64,000 nucleotides of DNA from Octopus sinensis (taxonomy: Eukaryota), in contig NW_021836134.1 of the NCBI RefSeq assembly GCF_006345805.1, positions 1 through 64,000 of the forward strand, given 5' to 3'. The position numbers and the translations under genes are program-made. Below, in pieces: positions 53,207 through 64,000 of this stretch (its first letter is position 1; every line of letters begins with the position of its first letter). The notes under the pieces are model-generated. The model saw only the letters and a list, made by a program, of their open reading frames with translations, had not been told where the DNA came from and did no database searches.

Positions 53207-53311
53207 TTTTATAACATATTATTGTGATGTGGGGATTAGGTTAGTCATAGCGAACTAAGGAATATGCTCTCAGACTCCAAGTAGGACTGAGCCTAAATGA
53301 GTGTGGGGAAA

Positions 53312-54620
53312 TTAGGGTACGGTCGAGGCCGCATTCTTCATTCTGAGAGTGGCACTTATTCGGTCGACCTCGTTGGTTACTTCTGAGTGGTATTTCATCA
53401 TGTCTGCACAGTTGTAAGCACAGACCTTACCCTCCACCTTCACTGGACTGATCTTAACTGGGATATGCTCAGAGTTCATTTTCTTTGTGTTATATCTCCA
53501 CTGATGTCTTCTTGACGAGGGTTCTCTGGTTGGGAGATGTTGGATGGGGGGATAGTAGTCTCCCAGTCTGTCGAACTGACCTCTCAAAAACTCTCGTAGG
53601 TCTTCTATTTTTGAATGAGACTGATTGCTGAGGAGATTGACCGTGTAGCACAGTCTGTCACTGATTTCTCCCAACAATTCCATGATTCGATCGACTTGAC
53701 CTTTCTCTAACGACTGGGACTTGGCGGACAGACAGGACTTGACCAGAGTAGGCTTGTTTTTTGAGAAAGAATCCCCTTTTTTGTCTCCCCCAAGTCGTGT
53801 TCCATGTCCCCAATACTCTCCTACAATTCACTCCAGAGGGACAACAAATTTGAGTCAATTCCTCAGGCTTGTCCCACTTGGACATGTGGAGACTTGTTGA
53901 TTCCCTAATCTCGGCCAAAGTCTTGACGATCAGAGACTGCTGTTCTTTGGCGGACTCCACCTGGTTTCTGAAATAAGGCCATTTTTAAACTTGAGGTCTG
54001 AAGATAGTTGAGTCAGACGCTCAATGCTTGAGAATTTATATGGTTGTTCTCAATTGCAGAATTATTATTGGTTTTAATTTGTTTAATCTGTTATATTAAT
54101 AAAATTTATTACTTCTTCGGTTAGCATCAATATTTGGCGGGGAAACTGCATTATTGTCCGTGGAGTCCTCTGATTTGGTTGTAAGTCGGGGTGTTTCGTT
54201 CTCAAATAATTTGAAGGGCGAGTCCTCTTTGACCTTCCTCTGTGGGATTTCCCCCTTATCAGTGGTCAGGGTCCCTCTCAGAAATGTTCTGTGGGACTTA
54301 GGGCACCATTTCCAACATCAGTCCTCCTTGTCGACGATTTGAGAGAACTGACTGGGGACACTCGCTGCTGGTTTCTCTTGGAGGCAACATATTGTCCAAA
54401 GAGTTCATCCGAACTGTCGGACTTGAGTTCTGCAGATTCGGAAACATAGACTTACTGGTTTCCCTGGGTTCTTGGTCGAGGGCGAATATGTTGGATCTCT
54501 CAGTAGACTATAATGTAAGGAATGGCTTACGCTTATTTTTCTTTGCTCGACTAGGCTATAAGGGACTGTCTTACCCTTGGATTTCAAAAGCGAGTCAAAA
54601 AAGTCAGAATCGTCAGACAT
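53312..54620 (-). CDS. Hypothetical protein (disordered N-terminus, helical C-terminus)
   Basis: ATG at 54620 (MSDDSDFFDSLL), a GT-AG mini-intron and long same-strand ORFs to 53312. Unassigned. Confidence 0.5.
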
Positions 54621-54673
54621 AACAACCAGAGAAATATCCAAGGAAACAGTTAGTTTATGTCAAATAATGTTAA

Positions 54674-55120
54674 TTATATTCCCAGACCAAACACACTCAC
54701 AATGCAGTAAGTCCACTTGTTCTCCCACGTGACAGTGCAGGATCCTTGCTAGTCACCCACAGAGACACAACCGTCAGTCTCCGAGTCCCAATAACACGAA
54801 CTGGCTGTATGAAGTCCTGCCCCACTCTTCTGTGAAATGATACATGTGACTGCAATCCCCCTACACGACCAACCAATGTATTTGAAAGGTTTGTTCAATC
54901 GGGAGAGGTTGTTGAGACATTGGTCGATTATGTCAGCTGTCCACTGGTTCACTAGTTTCTGTTGGTAGACGTTGTTTCCGATGATGCTCTCGATCGACTG
55001 TCCGTGGAGAAGGGGAATACCTCTTTGACGATGTTGGTCACTTCGTCCACCACGAACACGGTCTGCAGTGTTAGACATGGATAATACTTCCTCCGATTCC
55101 TGATAGTCGTTGGCCAGCAT
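54674..55120 (-). CDS. DYNLT1: Dynein light chain Tctex-type 1
   Basis: [11 protein letters not shown]|[14 protein letters not shown]|SIESIIG...KPFKYI|[26 protein letters not shown]|[10 protein letters not shown]...VFGLGI*. Confidence 0.95.
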
Positions 55121-55617
55121 TTCAAATCCATGGGAACATTTTTATTTATTTCCATTAAAATTCAATCAATTCAAAATCAATTATATAACTATGCAATTTT
55201 AGAGATATCTGGATGATAATATTCCAACAGTCATACTGTCGAAATAGGGACTTTCTCCAGAAATTTAATTTCTCTGAGAGAGTCAATTTTCTCACCCACA
55301 CATTTACTAGGATGATGCCCCCTTCAATTTCATATTCTAAATTTAGTCAAATATAGCACGTTATATTGTCACGTTGCGATTGTTGTATCAACTGTAGATT
55401 TATAGAGATAATTATGATTTCTTTAAAAGGGAAACACACCTCCTGGTTTGTGGCATTTTATCTGTTTTAAACCATGCTTTGACTCAATCTTGTTTTTAAT
55501 ACAACCAGTTTTCTGTAATGGGCATCTCAACAAGTGTTATTGTTAATATTTAAGAATCGATCATAATTAAATAAGTCACAAAAGCATCATTACGACCAGC
55601 CACATATATTATTCAAA

Positions 55618-55900
55618 TTAAAAGTGCTCATTCTTGGCTATTCTCATGACTCCCTCGACTGTCCTGAAGAGACTGCCAAAGTGGGGGTTTTTTAAACACG
55701 TTTTCATAAACTCATCGAGCATGGCAGATTGAGTCAGAGTAGTAACCTCAGGGACAGCACCTCTTCTCAGTTTTTGAAAAATGAATTGAATTGTCCGAGT
55801 CTTTAGGTCCCAGAACAGTCTACTTAAAATGTTTGTCTGCAGTAACACTGTCCTTCCGTCCCCAGCGAACAATCAAAGTCAGAGTTAGATTGAGGATTCT
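55618..55900 (-). CDS. Hypothetical small protein
   Basis: 84-aa open frame with gene-like composition amid AT-rich DNA. No family; start unclear. Confidence 0.3.
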
Positions 55901-56363
55901 CTTCGTCTATTATAGTGCGGTTAAATTGTGATAACATTTAAATAGTCAGACTTATTTGTTCTTATATGCATTTGCTCTTTTTTTGTCGCATTTTCTTGCT
56001 GATTTATCATGTACTCCGAATTTATTTAAAAATTGAATAATTTTATTAGTAATGCAGTGTTTCATTTAATTTATCAAAAGTAGGCTAAAAATAATTCAAC
56101 ATAACACAATATAAGCAAATCTTTTTAACTTGACTTTAAATTGAATATAAGTGACCCATACTCGACCGACTGAACTACTTTAATTGCAGCAAAATCACGC
56201 TTTTGGTAATAATTGCACTTAATGGGAAAAACAGGTTGCCACTGAAATCAGCAGGAGCCTCTACAGTTTGAAAGCGAGTCAACAAGTGTGAAATTTTGTT
56301 AACAATTCAAGGAAGTATGACACTTTTCAAAATCAGTAAATTTGAAGAATTAGAGTGCACAAA

Positions 56364-57392
56364 ATGGCTGTAAAAAAAGACATTTTTCTGGTCCAATTAG
56401 AGACCTCTGCTCTTAAGAAGAGGCTAAAATGTGAGTGGTTTGTGTACAGGAAGTGTTGCACCTCACATTGATAATGAGCACTTTGTTGTCCCCCAGTCCC
56501 CTGCTTCTGATGAAGTATTGTTCATTGCACTCAAAGTCTGGCCACCCGTCAATGGGCGACCGCCGCAGAATGTAAAGAAAGGCCTGTTTTTGTACAGGAC
56601 AGTGAGTCAAGAGCAACGAATCGTTGGCATCAAAATCTCCTCTTGTGGTATCTGCAACATTTAACCGTCCTCAATCACATAGTAAATGGAGTAGGGAAAG
56701 GACTTTGAACAATAATCCGCACAGCAGACTCCAAATTGACGTCTATACTCAATCTAAGCACATATTTAACTCACAAACGTGGAATTTATCCGTCCCCACT
56801 GAACCACGTACACTTTATGGGAGGAAGTGAGGACCACAGCCAACACAAGTTCACTCAGCATCCCCACTCAACGCCACACGAACATTTAGACTGACATTTT
56901 CACGCCATTTTTGACAATTCCTGATTACGTAATAATCATGGGAAATGAAGGCATCCCACAGAGATATCGGATGGCGTCATCAACTCATTTGCCTTCGTGG
57001 GACCTGTCAAGAGAGTGCGTACTCTGAGATATAAAAGGAGAGTGGCCAGTCCACCAAACATGATCTCCATCACCATGTAGTTATGTCGAGTATTCTGTAG
57101 AAAACTGGATTCCCAACCAATGTGTGGAAGACGGGTGAATTATTGGGAGTATTGATAGGACAAATATGTGGAGGAATACATCACGTGCTGTACTGTACCC
57201 ATCAAAGCACGTCGACTGGTTGTAGATAAAGATGATCCAGTAACTGCTGTCACCAAATATGATCCCGAGAAGACCAATAATGAAGGTCATGCTAATAATT
57301 TAGACACTTCCGGGGCAAAATGGAGACCTGCAATGTCGGCTAAAGACTATTATCACCTCATTCACAAATGTGACTTTAAATATTCTGATTAA
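56364..57392 (+). CDS. Hypothetical multi-exon protein
   Basis: Several ORF pieces separated by GT-AG-bounded 19-45-nt segments; last exon ends ...HKCDFKYSD*. Unassigned. Confidence 0.4.
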
Positions 57393-58083
57393 TTAACTAC
57401 TATACTACCCTCAGTAATATTCATGGACTGAATGTTTAGTTGTATTTAGGGAGCTAGATTGTTATTGTTGTTGCGTAACCCGATCTCACATTATGAGACC
57501 AGCAGAAACACCAGCGCCTTTCCAGGTTGCTCCCTCGGCTGAGTGAATATCAAATTTTTTGTAGAGTAAAAGAAGACCAGGAAAGTTGAGTGTTCGTCGG
57601 CACAGCAGATGTTACAGAAAAAGGGGATCGAGCTGTCCAATTTGTGTATAGAGTGGTTTAGTAAGTGGTGATGGCCAGAGAAAAAGATATATCTCAGTCA
57701 AACGGTCAATGAGCATTTCTGAAGAATGAACATCCGATGAGAGTTTATCGAGTCAGCTTGAGAATTGCTGACGTTGAAATGGAATCATGATTTTTTTCAT
57801 TGGATGTATGTAACATCGGACAGGCCATATTTTAGCAAGGTTATTCATCAGTGAACGACCATTTCCGTTTAGCAGAACAGAACAAGAGTATTTCAAATAG
57901 GAATTGTGCTTCTCTCATATTTAGATGTTCATTAATCCGCAAAAAGTTTGTTTCTCAGTGGAGATGATCGATTGGGGCTGATTCAGACACTTTCTAGCTT
58001 TAAGGGAGCTAGAAGAAATATATTTAATTAGTTTGTGATTATAATTGATATATTATTAAGAATAAATTTAGTTGCCTGTGGTT

Positions 58084-60126
58084 ATGATGGATCTCTCTGC
58101 CGACCCAATAGACACTCTTTACCCAGTCTCAATGCTGATCGACGACCTTAAGGACGAAAATCAACAAGTAAGACTACCCATTAACCAAGTCCCGTCTCAA
58201 AGCATTTCCCGTCTCAAGACAGTGGCCATGGCTCTCGGACACGAGCGGACGAGGGACGAACTGTTGCCCTTCCTCGCTGATTTTGTGACTGAAGAGGACG
58301 ACATTTTATGTCAACTGGCAGAGCAATTGGCCCTCTTTGTCCCTCTCGTGGGGGTCCTGACCATGTGGAGACCATAATAGTAACCCATCTCTCTAAATGG
58401 CAGGAGCCTCTCAAGTTCATGTTGAGTGTGGAGGACTCGAAGGTGCGGGAGGAGGCAGTGAGTGCCATCATCAAGATCTCCGAGGCATGTCCGGCCGTGC
58501 AGACCGAGACAGTGTTCCTCCCCCTCCTCAAATCCCTTATTTCCAGTAATCCCCTCCTCTCACTCCAGGCACTTGGTTTGTCTCTAAAATCTCGTCGGCG
58601 GGGCTTTTCAGTGCCTTTTACCGAGAGTGTCCCCGAGGCTCAGTCGGACTTGATCGAGTAGTCCTCTCCCCAACACGGCAGGATGTTCAAGTCCCTTTTT
58701 GGGATGAGGTCCCCCCTCGTCAAGAAGGCGGCTGCTGGCAAACTGGGGGAGTTCATGGATGATGTGCTCTCCCATGAGGCAGTGGAGACACATTCATTCC
58801 CATTTTGGATAAAATAAAGGACGACGAACAGGACACTCTCCGACTACTCTCCATCGAGGCCGCACTGTCTCTCCGTGATTCTCGTTTCGTCCCTGTCGTC
58901 GTTTCCGTGGTCCGCAGGGCATTCCGTGACGAGTCCTGGCGTGTAAGGCACACGTTTGCCACCATGCTCACTCGGGTTGTCTTTTCCTCCATTCGTAGAT
59001 CCAATCCTTCCTGGGATCAGTCCTCACTGAATCTGACCTCATTCCTGCCTTCAAGTCCCTCCTGCAGGACGTGGAACCAGAAGTACGAGTTGTGGCTGTC
59101 TCCAAGCTATATGGTTGAGGATTCGGGTCATTGTAGACTTTTGTTCCATGTTGGGGGAGTCTGTGAAGGTGGAGACTGTCCACGAGTTGTTTCCGATGAT
59201 TGAAAGAGGTCCACGACGTGAACGTGCATGTCAAGTCAGCTCTGGCCTCCGTGGCTGTAAAGTTGTCCCTCATTGTGGGCAAGCAGAGGTGTCTTGTTGT
59301 GTCTATTCCAGACACAATCGATCACCTTGTTCCTGTTTCCTCACTCAGTTGAGAGACGAGACGTGTGGCACAAGTCCGACTGAATGTGATATCCAACCTC
59401 GACTCCTCAACAAGGTTGTTTAGTAGGCTGATATAACAGGTCATTGGAGTCCGTCTTATGGCCGAGAGTCTGGTCCCTGCCATTGTTAACCTGTCGGAGG
59501 ACGTCAAGTGGAGAGTGCGTCTAGCCATTGTGGAGCATATGCCTCTACTTGCTGTCAATTGGTAGTTCATGTCTGTCAATGTCAGGGGGAGGAATACTTT
59601 GTGCGCACTCTCAACAAATTGTGTTTGAGTTGGCTGAGGGACACCGGTAGGAATGACACTCATTGGTAGTGTACGGAATCAGGGAGGCAGCTGTCCATAA
59701 CTTGCTCTGCTTTACTCGCGAGTTTGGCGTGGAAGGGCCACAGTCAATATTGTCCCCTCTCTCGTACAACTGCTGTGGAGTCTAACTACCATTTCGGATG
59801 ACTGCTCTCCTTTCACTCTCCACTCTCGCCCCCCTGTTTGGCACTGAACTGACGACAACTCTCCTCCTCCCCCCGATTGTGGACATTGTCGGGACAGTGT
59901 TCCAAATGGGAGGATGAACGCATGTCGTGCAATCATGTCAATGGCCGGTATTTGTCCCAGAGGTAGTTGCCCGTGTTATGCGAGTGCCGTCCAACCTGTC
60001 GTCGTCGACTGTCTGCAGGGACTGGAAGTGGACACTGATTGCGACACGTCCGCTATTTCGCCACAGAAGCCTAGGAGGTTGGTAGTCCATACCATTTTAG
60101 TGGTCTCCGAAATTAAATGGATTTAA
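58084..60126 (+). CDS. PPP2R1A: PP2A scaffold subunit A (HEAT repeats)
   Basis: [67 protein letters not shown] and D(V)RYFATEA. Confidence 0.95.
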
Positions 60127-60339
60127 CGTTTGCTTAATTGTTAATGTTGCATAAGAATTCTTTATCTCAAATTGTTAAGCTCCGATTAAATATGGCACCA
60201 AATTTAACTAGGCTGTCCCTTATTTCGACTCGAATCTGAGCCATCGGACAGAGAGTATTCTACCACACAATGGGGAGATAACACTTTTCGACTTAATTAG
60301 ATCGACAAAACTCGCGGACGTCAGGGGATCCAAGGAAAT

Positions 60340-61036
60340 TGGTGCAACCAGCCTCGATGCCAATTCGAGTAGAAATACTCGCTGAGGTTCTCGCAATGGT
60401 CCACACTGGGATACTAATATACCAATACAGTCAATTTCCGACTGATGAAGGGACCCTCTTCTTCCAGCAACCTAATATGACAGAGATCACCGAGTCGTCC
60501 AACATGTGGGAATTCTCGCTAAGAAGAACTCGAAGGAAGACAACAAATCTGCAGTCGACATCCTCGCCAATCCTGAGGTCTTCGGTTGGGTAACTTGAAG
60601 AAGGACACTGCAATAGAACAACCTAATCAACCGCGAATTGAAGATAATCCTCGAGAAAACGTCCCCAACGTCGATTTCACAGAAATTCCTCTCAAAGATG
60701 AAAGGACGAGGAGTAACCTCGAGAAAACGTCCCCAATGTCGATTCACAGAAATATTCCTCTCAAAGATGAAAGGACGAGGAGGTACCACTCATATTTCCA
60801 TTCCACACCTCAATCAGGCCAGACACGCCGCTCTCCACAAGTTCGGGCAACAGGCGTATTTGCACGACCCAACGTACCCCAATGTCTCCACTCACCAATC
60901 ACATCACCCCGATCTTTTTAAAGCAGTCTACCCAAGTTTCCCACCACGGAGAACCGAGCATGGTCCGGAGAGAATGGAGACCACCTTAACGGATAAACAA
61001 ACGTGTCCAAAATGCGCCAAATCCGCCTGGAATTAG
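60340..61036 (+). CDS. Hypothetical protein containing a 23-aa internal repeat
   Basis: Overlapping ORF pieces; terminal frame ends TCPKCAKSAWN*. 5' end unresolved. Confidence 0.35.
60649..60783. repeat. Tandem duplication, about 68-69-bp unit, two copies
   Basis: CCTCGAGAAAACGTCCCCAA...CTCAAAGATGAAAGGACGAGGAG at 60649 and 60717; encodes PRENVPNVDFTEIPLKDERTR. Confidence 0.9.
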
Positions 61037-64000
61037 TCACTGTCGTCTACCTTGCCATAATCCCCCTTCGACACCAGTTTGAGTGGAATGTCCTCAAAAA
61101 CTCGGGTTTGCGACCCAAGTGATAAATTGGAGTAATTGTGTAACAATTCCACGTGAAAGAAGATGAGTGGACCTCAAACCTCTGCTATTAACTGAACTGG
61201 CACAACCTGACACACAAAAAATTAAATTTTCGACGACAGCGTTCTGCAGCTGAGTAAGTGAGTTGACAGACTTTGACCTGACGACGGACAAGCAACTCGC
61301 CGAGGACGGGAACACTCAGGAACTCGTAGTTGACCCTCACAAATGACCCGATTCTCCCGTCATCCAAACTGCCACGTAAGCAAATTAGAAGGCAACTCTG
61401 AAAAAGGAGTGACTTGTAGCATCAGGCCAAATGCTTGGGCAAACGTGGCCAAGTGTGCCTGACTGTAGGGAAGACGGGGACTGTCCTTTAGATCCGTGTA
61501 TCGGAGTCGGCCAAAGTACGTGCCAAGGGATATCCAATTGTTCCAACTGAGGGTCAGAGATCTCTCCATTTCCTCCGTGGTCGGGAATCTCTCCAAAGTA
61601 TGACAGAAAGAAAAAATGACGGCCAACGCCAAGGTCTCAGAGGAGTGAAGTGAACCCCTGACCACCAAGTCGAGATACTTGTCCCAGAATCCGTCAAACA
61701 CACCTGAACTGAGCACGGAAAATACCTTCTTTGATGAGAAGAGGCATTCTGAGGGAGAATATGCGGGATAGTCCGTCAAAATATTGCACAAAAGTGTCGA
61801 CCCACTCCGAATGAGTAATGGAAGTGAGGACAGTCTCCCAAATCATGGTCTGTGTGTCGAAGAGACCTTTGAGGAGTGTAACCCACTGGGAGTCCTCGAT
61901 GGACTTGTTGTTAGCAGTGATGGCCGAATAGAGTGAGTTGACGGCAGACCGACGGAGGGAGTATCTCTCATCCATGCAGCAGGCGACAGATTGGCGAATA
62001 TGTGACAGAACATATCCGGGTGCATGTGCTTGGAACACATCTGGTCGCACATTCCCCACTACCAGTAATCCACTACACTACCAGTAATCCTATGCAGGAC
62101 AGACTCGTGTTCAAATCCACCTTCCCCGTGGCAAATTGGACGACCAAATCAGCGAGAATGTGGACATTTTCCACACACATGTTCTCCAAGTGTCGTTCGG
62201 ATATTGTCTGGACAGTCTTGAATGCCTTCTTGGTATCACTGTCATGTCACAACAGGCCATTACACTCCCCTCAGACTGTTCAATAAGAGTGACCACACTT
62301 CTCCCTCCGTCGGACATGTTGATAATATCAAATTGATACAATCCAGTTGAACTCGTCTGCACTCCTCGTCGTGGGGAAGGAGGCGACCACCCGAGTAACT
62401 TCAACATGCAATAGAATGACCACCATCAAAAGATCTGTACGAATTGACAAGAGGCGAATATGACAAGTCCTGAGACAAGACCGAGAGTGGCCGTCCTTAG
62501 TCGTTTGTTGAGAAGGAAAGAAGTTGAAGAAGACAGTCGGTGGCCATATTCCACCACACATCGACCTTGGCAGCACACAGTCCACACAAACTCCCCAATC
62601 CAGGCAGCAAAAAAAGAGGAGTTGCATGTCCTCCTAACATTAAGAGTGCCTATACCTCGTGGTGACTCAGTTTGCCCAGTCTGGCGATGTGGGACAGGAC
62701 TTGCAGCTGGTCGTCCTTAGCACTGCGAATAGACAGACACACCAACCTGACATATCGGCATAGTCCGGGGATCAGACACATCTTATCCCACACAATCTCG
62801 AAGGGGGGTCCTTCACAGGCACTGCAGTTGGAGGTGGAGAGCACATCCATGACTGCAGTGAAATTGAACGCAGGTCTCATTCCACGCAAAATGGCCATGT
62901 TCTGGGAATATCAAACACACCCACATTAAAACACAACACAAGAGGACCCCACCCAGCCTCCAATCCTCCCTCGGAAACCAATCGAATGAGGACCTGTTCT
63001 GCCATTTCCCTTTTACGACGTTCCTATGAATGTACAGAGAAATGTGACCACACTATGAATACTTCCATAGACATCTTCGTACACGTGGGAGTACCCGAAA
63101 TCTGCAAGTCGACAGAAACCAGTACAGTTCTCCAAATACGTGTGCACATTGTCGTAGGATAACACTCCCGTGAATCTCCGAGGGAGCATCGCGGAGGACA
63201 CGAGTGCCACCAACAAGTCGACTTGGCAAGTCAGTCCCCGCCTATTCCACTCTCGCACTACTCCCTCCACCAAAGAAAGCAAATTAGTCATTTGAGAATC
63301 GCAAGTACTACAAATAACAACGAGAAGCCACCAGGATATCATAAACAGACTGAGGGATTTCACAATGTCCTCCAAAACAAGAGAAATGAGCAGAGGACCT
63401 CCCAAAGTGTCCAGAAAAAGGGTCAGCTTGGCCAACATGTCCTCCATCTGGTCATAGATCAGATTCAGCACGTGTGCAGGACTAACCGAGGGTGCCTCCC
63501 CCTCCCCCATATTGACACTGGACGATTAGGAGGGTCATCTACCAGTGCACTGAACACCCGTCCGTGTAGACCAGTTTGATGAGAGGATAAAACACGTTTC
63601 CGACACGGAATCCCATCTGGTCATAAAATTCCGCAATTCCGTGATTTTGACTCCACAAAATGGATTCACTCCAACAGAGGGCAGAATATGTACTCAGACT
63701 CACTTTGATGGCCTTAAAGTAGCAGGACCTCCTCTCACTGTCCTCCAACTCCACCGCCCTGCCACTCTCTCGCCAACCAAACCTTCTAACAAATGCGTCC
63801 TCAAGGAAAGCCTGCAGGGTCTCTGCGGCCAGAGAATAAAAGAAGACGTTCCGGTCTCCCATGAGGACCAGTTTAGACAGGAGACAGGCAATGAGATGAC
63901 TCTCCAGTGCCTACCACATCAAAACGTGTCCAAACCAGAAAGTCAAATGTCCTGACTAGTAGGAATACCAATTTCATCAATTGTTGTCTTGCCGAAAAGG
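61033..64000 (-). CDS. MON2: MON2 (Arf-GEF-like Golgi/endosome scaffold), 3' part; starts beyond the window
   Basis: KAFKTVQTISERHL...VDLNTSLSCIGLLW and CCMDERYSLRRSAVNSLYSAITAN...EWVDTF...GLSRIF match MON2 (TAFQCLQLVV...NISLTSIGLLW; CVDPRPAVRKSAGQTLF...WAETW). Confidence 0.85.

Noticed and set aside
57480-58000. Small spliced ORF MRPAETPAPFQ... with 18-21-nt candidate introns
   Set aside because: No homology support, and the introns are chosen ad hoc, so they were not used for the minimum intron size.

Overview
Metazoan nuclear DNA from an extremely compact genome. There are about 23 recognisable protein genes plus several unassigned ones, broken by tiny GT-AG introns (mostly about 21-31 nt). 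Metazoan-specific genes (innexins, RUNX), ciliary genes (EFHC2, MPHOSPH9, DYNLT1) and these intron sizes best fit a dicyemid mesozoan; that taxonomy is inference only. Recognised genes in order: GTF3C1 (5' part), GLUT-type sugar transporter, EFHC2, TSC22-family, myosin essential light chain, two tandem innexins, NCBP3, MPHOSPH9, HSD17B10-like SDR, CCDC186-like, MPDU1, PDP-type PP2C, FERM protein, M14 carboxypeptidase, GGA, PACSIN, COMMD3, eIF3m, RUNX, ZDHHC3/7, DYNLT1, PP2A-A and MON2 (3' part). Dense gene blocks with 30-140 bp spacers alternate with AT-rich, transposon-littered stretches. Those contain a near-intact DD35E Tc1 element, a Tigger/pogo relic, hAT, Gypsy, R4, RTE and three CRE-clade fragments, and a tRNA-derived SINE-like element. 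Many genes carry single-base gaps in homopolymers, most likely long-read assembly errors, so coordinates and some protein ends are approximate. Best leads: an HSD17B10 that has lost its catalytic Tyr/Lys; RUNX with a non-terminal WRPY; domain-trimmed trafficking proteins (SH3-less PACSIN, hinge-less GGA); stop-containing 3n mini-introns; a 61-bp bidirectional promoter; and the DD35E transposon. No rRNA, CRISPR or intact tRNA was seen, and I found no clear-cut wholly new system.
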